Below, piece by piece: positions 20,144-31,162 of a stretch of 60,870 nt of DNA. The notes beneath the pieces were generated by a model. It was not told the origin of the DNA, did not search any database, and saw only the letters and a program-made list of their open reading frames with translations. Each line of letters starts with the position of its first letter. Positions within the stretch are counted from its first letter, which is position 1. The position numbers and the translations under genes were made by a program. Origin of the DNA: Thermoplasmata archaeon (lineage in GTDB: Archaea > Thermoplasmatota > Thermoplasmata > Thermoplasmatales > GCA-001856825); the NCBI GenBank assembly GCA_023256615.1, contig JAGDXO010000020.1:3587-64456 (forward strand), given 5' to 3'.

Positions 20144-20275
20144 TCATTTAACTTCTATGGTTTTAACTATATTAGCGGGTATTCTAACGAACACTTTAGA
20201 CCCGCATTCGCATTCAAATTGTGCGGTATCATTTTCATCCTTCAGTTCCCTACCGCACCTTATGCATTTAAACAT
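20144..20275 (-). CDS. rpoP: RNA polymerase subunit P (Rpo12); not in ORF track
   Basis: Hand-translated 43 aa MFKCIRCGRELK...FECECGSKVFVRIP Zn ribbon, directly after rpl37ae; TGA-ATG junction with pus10. Confidence 0.85.
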   Translation of the reverse strand: MFKCIRCGRELKDENDTAQFECECGSKVFVRIPANIVKTIEVK

Positions 20276-20525
20276 TCTCCAGATTCACCTTCTTGAATTC
20301 TTTATCAACCTCTGGTGAGTATGCATCACCCACAAATTCAAATCCACATTTTCTGCACTGCCAAATACCTGAATGCTCCCTCTTAACCGATACATGATGG
20401 CATCTTGGGCACATATACGTGTCTTTTCTGAGGTTTTCCATTTCCAGCCATCTTTTCTTGACTGTGGAACCATATCTTGGCCCGAACCTGCCAGCGCTTC
20501 CTACCTTCTTAGTTCTCTTTGTCAT
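20268..20525 (-). CDS. rpl37ae: 50S ribosomal protein L37Ae (eL43)
   Basis: KRTKKVGSAGRFGPRYG, CPRC...WQCRKCG; MTKRTKK start at 20525 preferred to 20540. Confidence 0.96.
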   Translation of the reverse strand: MTKRTKKVGSAGRFGPRYGSTVKKRWLEMENLRKDTYMCPRCHHVSVKREHSGIWQCRKCGFEFVGDAYSPEVDKEFKKVNLENV

Positions 20526-20529
20526 GGAA

Positions 20530-21330
20530 TCATCTCCCAAATACTCTCTTCCTAAAATCTTTTCCTATTTCTATAGATGTATCGACTGCCTTAAATATTT
20601 CCTCTACAGTAAATGATCCACTCAGACCTTTCTGCATTGCCACCAGATCACCATTCTCATCTGTAGCAACTGAGATTCTTGCTGTTGCAACCTCTTCCTC
20701 TTCAAGACTAGGATCCACCATTATATTAGAACCTATTTTGGCCATCGTTACCATTACGGGTATGTGATTTATTGGAAGCTGGAAATCCTCCTGACCAACT
20801 TTTGAAGCTGGAACTTTTGCTTCTAGCAGAGCTGAAACTGCACCGATTGTACTTGCATCTATCAGATTTCCATCATAATCTAGAACGTGGATATCAATGA
20901 ATACGACCCATACCTTCTCTCCTGGAGTTATTACCAGCTTATCCAGGTCTATCATTTTTGATTCCCTGATGGCCCTGTCAACAACTCTTGCAAGCTCAAT
21001 TGAATCTTCATTCGGCGGTCCGGATTCAAATGTAGGAGACGCCATTGGAATCAGTTCAGCATTCGTTGTTAGAATTCCACTGTTAGGAGTATCTGGGAAT
21101 GGCTCACCCTGCTCTATCTTAACACCAACTAGAACTCTCGTGTTTCCAAGTCTAACATCAGCAGATCCCTCTGCCCTCGTGACAAAGTTTGTCGTGATCT
21201 TTATTTCTCTGTATTCATCAAATTTCCTTCCATCTATTCTATTTCCCCCGGAAGATATCTTCTCGAGATAGTCTCTCTTTAAACCATACACAATTTCATC
21301 CGAACTTCTACTCATGATCATCATCTCCAT
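20530..21330 (-). CDS. rrp42: Exosome subunit Rrp42
   Basis: [28 protein letters not shown]. Confidence 0.96.
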   Translation of the reverse strand: MEMMIMSRSSDEIVYGLKRDYLEKISSGGNRIDGRKFDEYREIKITTNFVTRAEGSADVRLGNTRVLVGVKIEQGEPFPDTPNSGILTTNAELIPMASPTFESGPPNEDSIELARVVDRAIRESKMIDLDKLVITPGEKVWVVFIDIHVLDYDGNLIDASTIGAVSALLEAKVPASKVGQEDFQLPINHIPVMVTMAKIGSNIMVDPSLEEEEVATARISVATDENGDLVAMQKGLSGSFTVEEIFKAVDTSIEIGKDFRKRVFGR

Positions 21331-22102
21331 GATTTTCCTGCTCTGCTTCCTCCTTTACTTCTTCCTTCTCCTCCGGTCTTGAATATTTAGCCAGAAGAGC
21401 CTCCTTCTGCAGGTTTGAAATAAATAAAGCGGCTTTCTTTGACATTTCTATAGCCTGCTCAAACTCTTCTCTTGTCAGGTTTCCATCCATTTGCAATAGT
21501 ACAACTTCCTGTGTCCTTGGTATTATTGCAAGTGGAACATCTGCCTGTCCATAATTATCCTCTTCCTTATTCAGGTCGAGGACTATCTTACCATCAACCT
21601 TTCCAGATGCGCATCCAACAATCATATCCTTCATTGGAATACCTGCATCTGCAAGAGCTACTGAAGCTGCCGTAAGACCCGCAATTCTTGTTCCAGCATC
21701 AGCCTGTAGGACCTCTATATAGACATCTATGCTTGTCCTTGGATATTGTTCTACAAAAATTGCAGACTCTAGAGCCTCACCTATAATTTTGCTTATCTCT
21801 ATTGCTCTCCTATCCGGTCCAGGTCTCTTTCTCTCATCCACCGAGAAAGCTGCCATATTATACCTGGCATTAACTATTGCTCTGGAAGGATTTTGAGTGT
21901 GCTTTGGAAATGCTTCTCTTGGACCGTAAACGGCAACAATTATTTTATTTCCGCCCCACTCTATATAAGCGGAACCGTCTGCTCTGTTAAGCACACCTAC
22001 TTCTATTTTTATTGGTCTTAACTCATTAAATTTCCTTCCATCAATTCTTAACCCATTCTCATCAATTAGTTTTATATTACTAACCATACTCATACTTTTC
22101 AC
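21308..22102 (-). CDS. rrp41: Exosome exonuclease Rrp41
   Basis: ADGSA, YGPRE, YPRTSID, ADAGTR, LLQMDG. Confidence 0.96.
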   Translation of the reverse strand: MKSMSMVSNIKLIDENGLRIDGRKFNELRPIKIEVGVLNRADGSAYIEWGGNKIIVAVYGPREAFPKHTQNPSRAIVNARYNMAAFSVDERKRPGPDRRAIEISKIIGEALESAIFVEQYPRTSIDVYIEVLQADAGTRIAGLTAASVALADAGIPMKDMIVGCASGKVDGKIVLDLNKEEDNYGQADVPLAIIPRTQEVVLLQMDGNLTREEFEQAIEMSKKAALFISNLQKEALLAKYSRPEEKEEVKEEAEQENHGDDDHE

Positions 22103-22773
22103 CTCGCCTTTTCCAAAATTTCCTTAACTCTTTCTGTAAGCCCGCTTGTATGGGCCTGATCCTCTATAAATTTAAGGATTTTAATAACTAATAAAACTTT
22201 GTCTGGTTCTCCGTCAATCCATACTATTCCGTTCTGACCAAGCTGTATTTTAACACCCGTGATTTCTTTGATCATATTGACCATCGAGCCACCTTTTCCT
22301 ATGATCCTCGATACCTTTGTTGGCTGCACAGAAACTATATGCCCTCCTTCAAGTTTTCTTAGTCCATTATCTTTCAGTGATAGCCATATTTGCTTTGATT
22401 CTGTTATTTCATTAACCTTTGCGAATACGGTATCTCCCGTGTTCATTATTTTATTCAATTCTCCGCTTCCAGATTTCCATGGGGTATCATTGATGTGTAA
22501 GAACCCTGGATATGGTCCCTTTATATCTAGAATCCAGAAAGATGGTGCAATATCAATTACCTTCCCAATTACTTTGTCATTCTTTACTGGATAATATTTC
22601 CCGCTTAACGGTATAAGGTTTACATAATTATTATAGAATTGGAGCATCCCTAACTGATATGCATAATATTTCCCATTTTCATGGTAAATTCCATTTCCCT
22701 GCTTCATTCCCTGTAAATCTATCTCTTCACCTGGTAATACAATTTTTTTTGTTGTCGTATCCAAATATCTCAC
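22099..22773 (-). CDS. rrp4: Exosome RNA-binding cap Rrp4
   Basis: VLPGE, S1 domain, [24 protein letters not shown]. Confidence 0.95.
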   Translation of the reverse strand: MRYLDTTTKKIVLPGEEIDLQGMKQGNGIYHENGKYYAYQLGMLQFYNNYVNLIPLSGKYYPVKNDKVIGKVIDIAPSFWILDIKGPYPGFLHINDTPWKSGSGELNKIMNTGDTVFAKVNEITESKQIWLSLKDNGLRKLEGGHIVSVQPTKVSRIIGKGGSMVNMIKEITGVKIQLGQNGIVWIDGEPDKVLLVIKILKFIEDQAHTSGLTERVKEILEKAR

Positions 22774-22774
22774 C

Positions 22775-23470
22775 TCATTTTAATAATTTAATATCGGCAT
22801 TTCCCTTTGTCTTCTTATTTACGAAATCATAAAGCTCATCCTGAATTCCTGCAGGAATTTCTATCAATGCAGTGTAACTTCCATCGTTTCCCCATTCTTC
22901 CTTGTGAATCTGCCCTAGTTTTGTTAATTCAGAATAAACTTTTCCGTAATCTTCTCCCGGTACCTTAATTTGCATCTTTACATGCTCAAATTTTATAGGT
23001 AGTAGGACCCTTATTGCCTTTAGGACTTCTTGAACCTGTTCCTCAGCGCTCTTGAAAGGATCGACCCTTACCTTTGCTTCCTCCATTGCTTTTTCAATCC
23101 TCTGTGGAGGATGTGGAGCACCTGTTTGCGGATTCATTGATTCCCTGGATATTATTTCGATAATCTGCCTCTTCTTTTCTTCAAGCATTTTTCTTCTCTG
23201 CTCTGTTGTAAGTTGAACCTGACCCTTCTTGATTATTTCTTTAACTATTGTCTCCAGGTCGTCAGTACCAAATACTTCCTTAATGACCTCCGCGCTGGCT
23301 TTGTCTCCTTTGCTGCTGTCTTTGAAAATTACATCGGCTGCAAGATATTCTTCAACATTCACATCCTTTCCTGATTTTATAAGGTCAACTAATTTCTGAT
23401 CTATAAGGATCTCAAACCTGTGACCTCTTGTTTCATATCTTGCAACCAGTGCGTCCTCTACCTTAACCAT
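22775..23470 (-). CDS. Ribosome maturation factor SBDS/Sdo1
   Basis: HRFEI, GQVQLTTEQR, NPQTGAPHPPQRIE. Confidence 0.95.
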   Translation of the reverse strand: MVKVEDALVARYETRGHRFEILIDQKLVDLIKSGKDVNVEEYLAADVIFKDSSKGDKASAEVIKEVFGTDDLETIVKEIIKKGQVQLTTEQRRKMLEEKKRQIIEIISRESMNPQTGAPHPPQRIEKAMEEAKVRVDPFKSAEEQVQEVLKAIRVLLPIKFEHVKMQIKVPGEDYGKVYSELTKLGQIHKEEWGNDGSYTALIEIPAGIQDELYDFVNKKTKGNADIKLLK

Positions 23471-23478
23471 TTATTTCC

Positions 23479-24189
23479 TCACCGAGAGCCTATAAGATCC
23501 TTGGTTTCTTCAGGAGAAAGGATCTTGAACTTCTCATCCCTTGTTACAAGACCAACACTTAGATTGCCAAGGGATTGCCCCTGTTCAAGTCCGGCCTTCA
23601 ATGCCTTGATTGCTAAATCTACAGCTTCGTTTAGGTTCATGTTGTCCTTATATTCCTTCTCAAGTATTTCCATCGCTGCATCTCTTCCGAATCCTATTGC
23701 GTCCGCCTTATAACCTGTTGAAAGACCAGAGGGATCTGTTTCAAATAACCTAACACCTGTTTCATCAATTCCTGCAATTAACAAGGATGCACCAAACGGT
23801 CTTACTCCACCGTACTGGGTATATTGCTGTAAAAGATCACACACCTTTTTAACCAAAGATTCAACCGTTATTTCCTGTCCATAAGTGACTTTTTCAGATT
23901 GAGCTTGTACTCGAGCAAAATCAATCAATATCCTTGCGTCACCTATTAATCCGGAGGTAGCAGCACCTACGTGCCCATCAATAAGGAATATTTTTTCAAT
24001 ACTTCTATCATCTACCAAACCACTCTTTATCCTCTTGTCTGCCATTAATAGTGCTCCATCCTTGTATGTTATTCCAATGGCTGTAGTTCCTCTCTTAACT
24101 GCTTCTCTTGCATATTCTACCTGGAACAATCTGCCATCGGGAGAAAACACCGTTATGGCCCTGTCATACGCCATCTGTGCTGACTGCAT
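23479..24189 (-). CDS. psmA: Proteasome alpha subunit
   Basis: YDRAITVFSPDGRLFQVEYA, GGVRPFG. Confidence 0.98.
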   Translation of the reverse strand: MQSAQMAYDRAITVFSPDGRLFQVEYAREAVKRGTTAIGITYKDGALLMADKRIKSGLVDDRSIEKIFLIDGHVGAATSGLIGDARILIDFARVQAQSEKVTYGQEITVESLVKKVCDLLQQYTQYGGVRPFGASLLIAGIDETGVRLFETDPSGLSTGYKADAIGFGRDAAMEILEKEYKDNMNLNEAVDLAIKALKAGLEQGQSLGNLSVGLVTRDEKFKILSPEETKDLIGSR

Positions 24190-24256
24190 AATTTCACCTA
24201 CTTTACTCGTATATGCTAATAAAGTTATAAATCTTTATGATAAATTTTTAATCCTA

Positions 24257-24982
24257 TTAAAAATTGAAAATTGACAAATTCTCTTCTTCCTGAAAATGCA
24301 GGTCCCCTGGAATAACAATTGTAAGTGGAGGTTTCAAACCACTTTCTGATAGCAGTCTTTCCATTGTGCTGAATTTTATGGTTTCCTCAGGCATACCAAG
24401 GCAGCTAATTACTCCAATCTTTGTGGTTGAATTAAATAACCCTTCTTTCATTTCCTTTTCCAACAATAGTAACTCCTCTAATGCTTCATTTATGGTCATA
24501 GGCGGTGATATATCCAGTAATATTATTGTGTGAAGTTTCATTTCTTTATTTCTTTTTATTTTTTCATAAGGAGAGGTGGGATGAAATTTCTCTGAGAATC
24601 TCGGAAGAGAAACTACTGGCCCTATCTTGTATAATTGAAGGCCCAGCCTTGTTGCTGCAAGTGGGACTATTGTCGCATTGTGAAATACTTTAACTTCCAG
24701 ATTTCTCTTGACTGCTTCAGAGTAAATATTAAAATGAGTTGTTGCTGAAAATGAATCGCCTGATATTATTATTGCTATTCGGCCTTCCAGTTGAAATATC
24801 CATTCATAATTTTCCAGCTTCTCACGATCTGCAAATATCAGATCCCTATTTTTATAACTTTTTAAATAGAATGGGGAAGTAAACGTATCAACGATTATTT
24901 TATCGCTTGAATCAAGGAAATCTATTTCTTCCATTGTTAGTGAAGCTGGAGGATTGAATCCTGCAGAGATGAAACCTATCAC
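24257..24982 (-). CDS. dph5: Diphthine synthase (divergent)
   Basis: GDSFSATTH, GLQLYKIG, LHTIILLD, IPGDLHFQE. Confidence 0.85.
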   Translation of the reverse strand: MIGFISAGFNPPASLTMEEIDFLDSSDKIIVDTFTSPFYLKSYKNRDLIFADREKLENYEWIFQLEGRIAIIISGDSFSATTHFNIYSEAVKRNLEVKVFHNATIVPLAATRLGLQLYKIGPVVSLPRFSEKFHPTSPYEKIKRNKEMKLHTIILLDISPPMTINEALEELLLLEKEMKEGLFNSTTKIGVISCLGMPEETIKFSTMERLLSESGLKPPLTIVIPGDLHFQEEENLSIFNF

Positions 24983-25692
24983 GAAAGGTCACCAACTGTT
25001 CCAAGGTCAATGATTCCGTAAGAATCCCATAATCCATAAACCTTTCCGTCTTTCAATTGCACTTTCTTGAGAACTGGAGAGGATATCTCATTTTTAAGGA
25101 TATCTGATCCACCTGCATATATGGATAGCGCTGGAAGAACTATCAGCCCTTCTTTCCTGAAATATAGAAAGCATGGGAGCTTTATCACTGAATCAACTGA
25201 ATCTCTTAGGCCTATTGCAGGATGCTCATTTCCTATCACAGCTTTGTCAGTCCATTCAAATTTTTTGTGGCCATGATGAAATGTATATCTTCCATCAGAA
25301 TATATATCGAACACTTCTAAATTCAATTTGGTTGCAATATTAGCTATGAAATTATCATGATTGCCTTTTACAACAATGGGTTTGGTTCTTCTGGATATTC
25401 TTGATAATAATTCAAGCACGTCACTCCATTCTTGAGGAGTATTGTGTGAAAATTCATGTTTCAGGTCACCATTTATTATCAATTTTTCAGGGCTGTATCT
25501 GTCTATTATTTTGTCAATGGTTTCATAAATTATTTTCGACTGGACTCTTGGAAGGAATATTCCATTTTTTGCAAGAACGTCCTCGTATCCCATATGTATA
25601 TCGGATATAGCTACTGCTCCTATATCTTCAAAGTAGGCTGCACCATATTTAGTGAAATATATATTATTATCTACTTCAATTTCTTCCAACAC
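24979..25692 (-). CDS. Calcineurin-like metallophosphoesterase
   Basis: SDIHMG, NGDLKH, GNHD, HGH, EHP motifs. Confidence 0.88.
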   Translation of the reverse strand: MLEEIEVDNNIYFTKYGAAYFEDIGAVAISDIHMGYEDVLAKNGIFLPRVQSKIIYETIDKIIDRYSPEKLIINGDLKHEFSHNTPQEWSDVLELLSRISRRTKPIVVKGNHDNFIANIATKLNLEVFDIYSDGRYTFHHGHKKFEWTDKAVIGNEHPAIGLRDSVDSVIKLPCFLYFRKEGLIVLPALSIYAGGSDILKNEISSPVLKKVQLKDGKVYGLWDSYGIIDLGTVGDLS

Positions 25693-25730
25693 TTGATAAT
25701 TATTTTTACTTAATCTAATTATCTTTAAGT

Positions 25731-26606
25731 ATGAAGATAAGTGAATTAGGTGAGAGAGAACTCATTGCCGAGATCTGGAGATTATTTGGCGAAGAAAATG
25801 AGGACGAGGATGTCCACTTTGTCGATTTAAATGATTATTATATTATACTTGGGATGGACACAATAAATGAGAATTATCATTTTAAGAAAGACTGGGATCC
25901 AAAAAAAATTGGGAAATTCATTGTTGACATTAATTTGAGCGATGTTGTGTCCAAAAATGGAACTGGCTTGGATTTCATGGTCTCCATGTCTTTTCCCTCT
26001 CATACTGAAAAGGAATATGTTCTGAGATTAGCAGAGGGTATAAAGGAAGAATGCAAAAGATTCAATCTCAAGTTCTCTGGAGGAGATTTGAAGGAAAGTG
26101 ATAGCATCTCGATCACAGGTCTTGTTATTGGCAGAGTTGATAAAGGGAAGGAATTCAGGAGGAACGGTGCACGCCCTGGAGATTACGTGTATATAACAGG
26201 AAAGATAGGAAAAAATGAGGATGCCATAATGAAAATGAGAAAAAATATTGAGAGTGGTGAAAAAGTTCTCGATATAATGCCAAGAATAGGGGAACTTAAG
26301 GAAATGAATAAATATCGCATAACTTCTTGCATAGACAACTCAGATGGAATTTACAAGTCACTGGGTTTAATTTCAAAGCTAAGTGGTGTCTGTATCAGAA
26401 TAAAGGAAAACGTTTGTGAGCTGGATGGCGATGACAGCCTGAGGAAGGAATGTTATAGACTCGGAGGAGACTACGAACTGATATTCACTTCGCCTGATAA
26501 GATAGATGATTTTTATTTCCTGGGCACAGTAGAAGAAGGGAGTGGAGTTTATGATTTGGACAATACTCCTGTAACATCTGCGGGGTATGATCATTTCAAG
26601 AGATGA
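25731..26606 (+). CDS. thiL: Thiamine-monophosphate kinase
   Basis: GERELI, NLSDV, GGD, RNGARPGD, IDNSDG, GGDYEL, GYDHF. Confidence 0.92.
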   Translation: MKISELGERELIAEIWRLFGEENEDEDVHFVDLNDYYIILGMDTINENYHFKKDWDPKKIGKFIVDINLSDVVSKNGTGLDFMVSMSFPSHTEKEYVLRLAEGIKEECKRFNLKFSGGDLKESDSISITGLVIGRVDKGKEFRRNGARPGDYVYITGKIGKNEDAIMKMRKNIESGEKVLDIMPRIGELKEMNKYRITSCIDNSDGIYKSLGLISKLSGVCIRIKENVCELDGDDSLRKECYRLGGDYELIFTSPDKIDDFYFLGTVEEGSGVYDLDNTPVTSAGYDHFKR

Positions 26607-26726
26607 AAAAATCCATTCCATCAATTATAAATTTATTATAATGACCTGAGTACCATAAACATTTTGTCACAAAGTATTCCATAAAATTTTATTTCATAAC
26701 ATTATACTGTAAATGGGCTGATTCTG

Positions 26727-27305
26727 TTGGTCAGAAGAGTAATACTGATGCGTCATGGAGAAAGCATAGCAAATGTAATGAATATTATAACAGAAGATCC
26801 AGATGAGCACCCGCTCACAGAAAGGGGAATTGAACAGGTCCTTTTCTCCGCTGAACAGATGAAAGGGCTCAAATTTGATGGAGTTATCTCCAGCCCAATA
26901 TTGAGGGCTAGACAGACCGCCAAAACTGTCGCTGATGTACTCAATCTTGAAATAAAAACAGATAAGAGGATAAGGGAGTCAGGGCTTGGGCCATATAATA
27001 AATACAGGATTGAGGATATTCCTAAAATGAACAGGGAAGACCTAGGTATGGAACCTTGGGATGCGCAGGTAAAAAGGATGAGAAATGCATTGAATGATAT
27101 TGATGGTTGTTATATTTTGGTAAGTCACGCCTTACCCATAAGAGCTGTAACAGCTAGTTTTCTGGAAATGGATGAAAAGGAAAGCTACGGTATAGATATT
27201 AAGCATGCATCAATGACTGCAATAGATTTAGATAAAAACAAGTTACTATCTATAGGAACATTGCTTTTAACAGATAGAATAAAAAAACTTTTCTCAGAAT
27301 GCTAG
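26727..27305 (+). CDS. Histidine phosphatase family protein (dPGM-like)
   Basis: RHGES, LTERG, SSPILRARQTA, VSH. Confidence 0.88.
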   Translation: MVRRVILMRHGESIANVMNIITEDPDEHPLTERGIEQVLFSAEQMKGLKFDGVISSPILRARQTAKTVADVLNLEIKTDKRIRESGLGPYNKYRIEDIPKMNREDLGMEPWDAQVKRMRNALNDIDGCYILVSHALPIRAVTASFLEMDEKESYGIDIKHASMTAIDLDKNKLLSIGTLLLTDRIKKLFSEC

Positions 27306-27718
27306 TCAAAATTCAATTCATTAAGACCTGTAGCCTCATTTTTTTCTCTTTTCAGAACAATCTCTTCCAGTCTAAGTATGTACAGCTCCATTAGAGGATC
27401 TGCCTTTCCACTAAAGAAGTGACCTCCCTTTATAACGTGGTCAGAAAGAGCTACAGCTGCATGCAAATGAAGTTTTGGATCATTGGACGTTATAGAACCG
27501 TGGAACGATACTAGCTCTCCCGCCTCCTTCATTTTTTCCTTTACGTATTCATTCCCATTCCAGTAACCAATTTCAAGATCCTTGATCATACCGATTCCAA
27601 AAACAACCAATCCAGAGAATATTGCATAATCTTCAATAACTTGATTTAGACTTTCCTCAATGTCTTCACCCTTTTCTATTTTAAGAATGATATAATTTTT
27701 CTCGATATCAGATATCAT
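27302..27718 (-). CDS. PPC/DUF296 domain protein
   Basis: GIG, ELVSFHGSI, HLH...GGH. Confidence 0.85.
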   Translation of the reverse strand: MISDIEKNYIILKIEKGEDIEESLNQVIEDYAIFSGLVVFGIGMIKDLEIGYWNGNEYVKEKMKEAGELVSFHGSITSNDPKLHLHAAVALSDHVIKGGHFFSGKADPLMELYILRLEEIVLKREKNEATGLNELNFD

Positions 27719-28082
27719 GATTCATCAATTTGAAACTATATATTAATGGTTTCCCATCTCTTAACGAGTCGAATTTACACTTCCTGCACCTATACCCGAG
27801 TACCCTTTTTTTACCTTCCAGTGTCATTCCCTTATATGGGAAAAGTTTGCTTCCGCATACAGGACATTTTTTCTTAATAATTTTCCATTTTTTTGAAAAC
27901 TGAACACTCACTTCTATCTGAGGAATATCATATATTATTTTCCTTAATCGAAAAGGAGTTATTCTGATGCCTTTCTCTTTAAGTTTTCTTAATAGATTGA
28001 TTTCTCCTTTAATTTCCCCTTCATTTTTCAATATCTCATAGAGGTAAAGTATGACCTCTGATTGATTAGCTCTTTTTGGCAT
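27708..28082 (-). CDS. Hypothetical basic protein with C-terminal Zn ribbon
   Basis: CPVCG...YRCRKC; helical, Lys-rich N-terminus. Confidence 0.65.
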   Translation of the reverse strand: MPKRANQSEVILYLYEILKNEGEIKGEINLLRKLKEKGIRITPFRLRKIIYDIPQIEVSVQFSKKWKIIKKKCPVCGSKLFPYKGMTLEGKKRVLGYRCRKCKFDSLRDGKPLIYSFKLMNHDI

Positions 28083-28115
28083 CGTTTTTATAACATCTTC
28101 TAAGATTAATATTTA

Positions 28116-30668
28116 TCATATGCTAATAGAGACACAGAAATAATTGCCGCAGGAGACGTTTATGCCTTCAACACTATATTTCTTAACTGATGAAATTTTG
28201 TCTGTTTCTATCTTCATGCCCTCATAAAATATCTCTTTCTGTTTTAATAAATATAAATTATTCAGGAGATATTCTTGGAATGATGATGCTTTATCCCTAA
28301 GTTTTGTATAAATTTCTGGGGATAACTTAATGGATATTATTTCCTCATTTATCCTTTTGTTAATAACTTTAAGCTCTTTAGCTCTTATTGTATTTTTAAC
28401 ATCTTCCGCATCCAGTTCATAATTCCCTATAGGATAAACTGTTGCCTCTGATATTTCGAGACTCAGTGGAATTCTGTTTTCCACTTTCAGGCTTCTGATT
28501 AATGATATTGCCTCTATTGTACTCTCACCTTTAATTGCCTCTTGTTCATTGTAAGTCTCAATACCTGGCCATAATTCATCAAAAATGCTCTTCTTATTCC
28601 TCTTTTCTCTGAATACCCTCTGGTAAGAGTCTTCAGATATGAAAGGGAATATCGGAGCTATCATTATGATTGATGATAACAATACTTTGGACACTATGTT
28701 ATAAGCTATCTTCTGATTCATCCTGTGTTTTACCGCCTCTATGTAGTTATCGGCAAATTTATGCCATATGAAATCCTCCAGCTTTTTGATAGCGAGATCA
28801 TACTGGTAATTTGCCATATGTTCGTCAGCTTCATTTATAGTCGAATCAAGCTCCCTGATTATCCAATGGTCAACAGGCCTTATTTCTCCCTCTTCTGTCT
28901 GTTTCTTATCATAAAATTCAAGGAAATTCACAAGATTGTGGATTTTATTCACGAATCTCTGCCCCCTGATAAGGTCTCTTTCTTTAAATGGCGTATCTTC
29001 ACCCAGAGAGCATTGCGCTGTAAAGTAACGGAAAGGATCTGCGCCATACTTATCTAAAAGAACCAGTGGGTCAATAACATTACCCCAGGATGCGTGCATC
29101 GGTCTGCCATCAGGGGACATAATATTACCATCTACCATTATCTCCTCCCAGGGATTTCTGTCAGTAAGAAGCCTGGATCTCAATATGCTGTAGAATGCCC
29201 ATGTTCTTATTATATCCTGACCCTGCGGTCTTAGATTCATAGGATAAAGTTTCTTGAAGAGTTTCTCATCACTCTCATAAAATGTGTTGAATAGGGGGGA
29301 AATGGACGAATCCATCCATGTATCAAAAACTTCATCACTACCTTTAAGGTTTGATCCACAAATAGGGCATTTTTCAGATGGAGGAGCATCAATTAGAGGA
29401 TCGACATAGCATTGTTCTTCGTTCGCAACTATATCGTGACCATTTTCGCAGGTCCAAACAGGTATAGGCGTTGCAAAATATCTCTGTCTTGATATAACCC
29501 AGTCCCATGATAGAGAGTCTATCCAGTCGTCCAGTCTCCTCTTCATAAACAAGGGATGCCATTTCAGTTCATTGGCCCATTTTTTCATATCTTCCTTAAA
29601 TTCAACAGTTTTTACAAACCATTGTTCCTTTTGCAAAAATTCAAGCGGAGAACCGCATCTCCAGCAAGTACCGACGTTATGTGATATCTTCTTAGAGCCA
29701 ATGAATAATTCCTCTTTCTTAAGTTCCTCTATTATCTGTTTCCTTGCCTCTTTAGAATCTAATCCGGCGTATTTCCCTGCAATCTCTGTTAATTTTCCCC
29801 TTTCGTCTATGCTCTTCATGAAAGGGAGTGAATGCCTGTAGATCATCTTCAAATCGTCCTTATCTCCTACAGAGCATACCATTTCAGCGCCTGTTCCGAA
29901 ATCAGTAAGGACGTCCTGGTCTGCGATAATTTTTACTTTCCTTCCGAAAATTGGTATTTCAACTTCCTTACCAACTATATTTGAATACCTTTTGTCATGA
30001 GGATTAACTGCTATGGCCAGACACGCTGGTAAGAGTTCAGGTCTTGTAGTTGCAATAATTATATCAAAATCATCGCCTTTGAATATTATTTCATTTAAAT
30101 CCACATCCCTTTCTTCATAAACAATCTCTGATTCTGCAATCGCTGTTTCACACCTTGGACACCAGTTAACCGGATGCGTACCTTTATATATTAAACCCTT
30201 TTTATACATTTTTATGAATGAAATTTGAGTCAGCTTCCTATAATATTCACCATCTGTTCTATAATAAAGCGATGGGTCAGCATTTACTCCTAAGAGTTTA
30301 AACTGATTTGTCATTGCATCTATATTCTCATCTGCAAACTTTTCGCAGAGCTTAACAAATTCTTCCCTTGGATAATCCCTCATCCTTATCCCATATTTTT
30401 TTTCCACATTGACTTCAATGGGCATCCCATTTACATCAAAGCATAATGGAAAATACACTTCATTGCCCTTCAGTCTCTTGTATTTAGCAACAAAGTCCAT
30501 GTGACTGTAATGGAATGCATGTCCGATATGAAGTTTTCCTGAAGCATATCTTGGAGGAGTATCAAGACTGAAAGTTGGTCTATCAGAATAAAAATTATAC
30601 TCGAATATTTTCTCCTTCGCCCAGTAATCCCGCCATTTTTCCTCGCTTTCCTTTATATTATATGGCAT
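28116..30668 (-). CDS. valS: Valine--tRNA ligase
   Basis: DTPP, HIGH, DWVISRQRYFATPIP, DTWMDSS, RPQGQDIIRTW. Confidence 0.95.
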   Translation of the reverse strand: MPYNIKESEEKWRDYWAKEKIFEYNFYSDRPTFSLDTPPRYASGKLHIGHAFHYSHMDFVAKYKRLKGNEVYFPLCFDVNGMPIEVNVEKKYGIRMRDYPREEFVKLCEKFADENIDAMTNQFKLLGVNADPSLYYRTDGEYYRKLTQISFIKMYKKGLIYKGTHPVNWCPRCETAIAESEIVYEERDVDLNEIIFKGDDFDIIIATTRPELLPACLAIAVNPHDKRYSNIVGKEVEIPIFGRKVKIIADQDVLTDFGTGAEMVCSVGDKDDLKMIYRHSLPFMKSIDERGKLTEIAGKYAGLDSKEARKQIIEELKKEELFIGSKKISHNVGTCWRCGSPLEFLQKEQWFVKTVEFKEDMKKWANELKWHPLFMKRRLDDWIDSLSWDWVISRQRYFATPIPVWTCENGHDIVANEEQCYVDPLIDAPPSEKCPICGSNLKGSDEVFDTWMDSSISPLFNTFYESDEKLFKKLYPMNLRPQGQDIIRTWAFYSILRSRLLTDRNPWEEIMVDGNIMSPDGRPMHASWGNVIDPLVLLDKYGADPFRYFTAQCSLGEDTPFKERDLIRGQRFVNKIHNLVNFLEFYDKKQTEEGEIRPVDHWIIRELDSTINEADEHMANYQYDLAIKKLEDFIWHKFADNYIEAVKHRMNQKIAYNIVSKVLLSSIIMIAPIFPFISEDSYQRVFREKRNKKSIFDELWPGIETYNEQEAIKGESTIEAISLIRSLKVENRIPLSLEISEATVYPIGNYELDAEDVKNTIRAKELKVINKRINEEIISIKLSPEIYTKLRDKASSFQEYLLNNLYLLKQKEIFYEGMKIETDKISSVKKYSVEGINVSCGNYFCVSISI

Positions 30669-30706
30669 CTGACTCTTATAAATAATAATTAAAAAAGATT
30701 TCCTTA

Positions 30707-31162
30707 TTATTTTTTGATATTTCTTATGGATTTCAATGCCCTTAGCATTTTTACAAGTGATTCTACAGCTCTAGATGAGTATTCCTCCATCCTAGCAACA
30801 GCCTGTTCGTGTGTTGCTCCAGGTCCTATTATGCCAAGAGTTACCGGTTTGCTGTAACTATCGGAATAGTCCACAAGTTTCCTTACGGCCTGATTTATTA
30901 CGAGATCGTCATGTTTTGTTTCGCCCTTTATTACAGCTCCGATTACAGCCACTCCATCAATATCCCTTCTCTCCAATAGAAATTTCACTGCAAGTGGTGT
31001 GTCAAATACGCCCGGTACTTTTACTACCTCTGTTTCAGCCCCAAGTAATTCAGCATGTTCTTGGGCCTTCTTTTCCATTAAATATGTAATATCGTAGTTA
31101 AATTCTGATACTACTATTCCAAGTTTCATAATATCATTCCTCTTCCAGGATAGATCCCGCAT
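30707..31162 (-). CDS. ribH: 6,7-dimethyl-8-ribityllumazine synthase
   Basis: [22 protein letters not shown]. Confidence 0.94.
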   Translation of the reverse strand: MRDLSWKRNDIMKLGIVVSEFNYDITYLMEKKAQEHAELLGAETEVVKVPGVFDTPLAVKFLLERRDIDGVAVIGAVIKGETKHDDLVINQAVRKLVDYSDSYSKPVTLGIIGPGATHEQAVARMEEYSSRAVESLVKMLRALKSIRNIKK

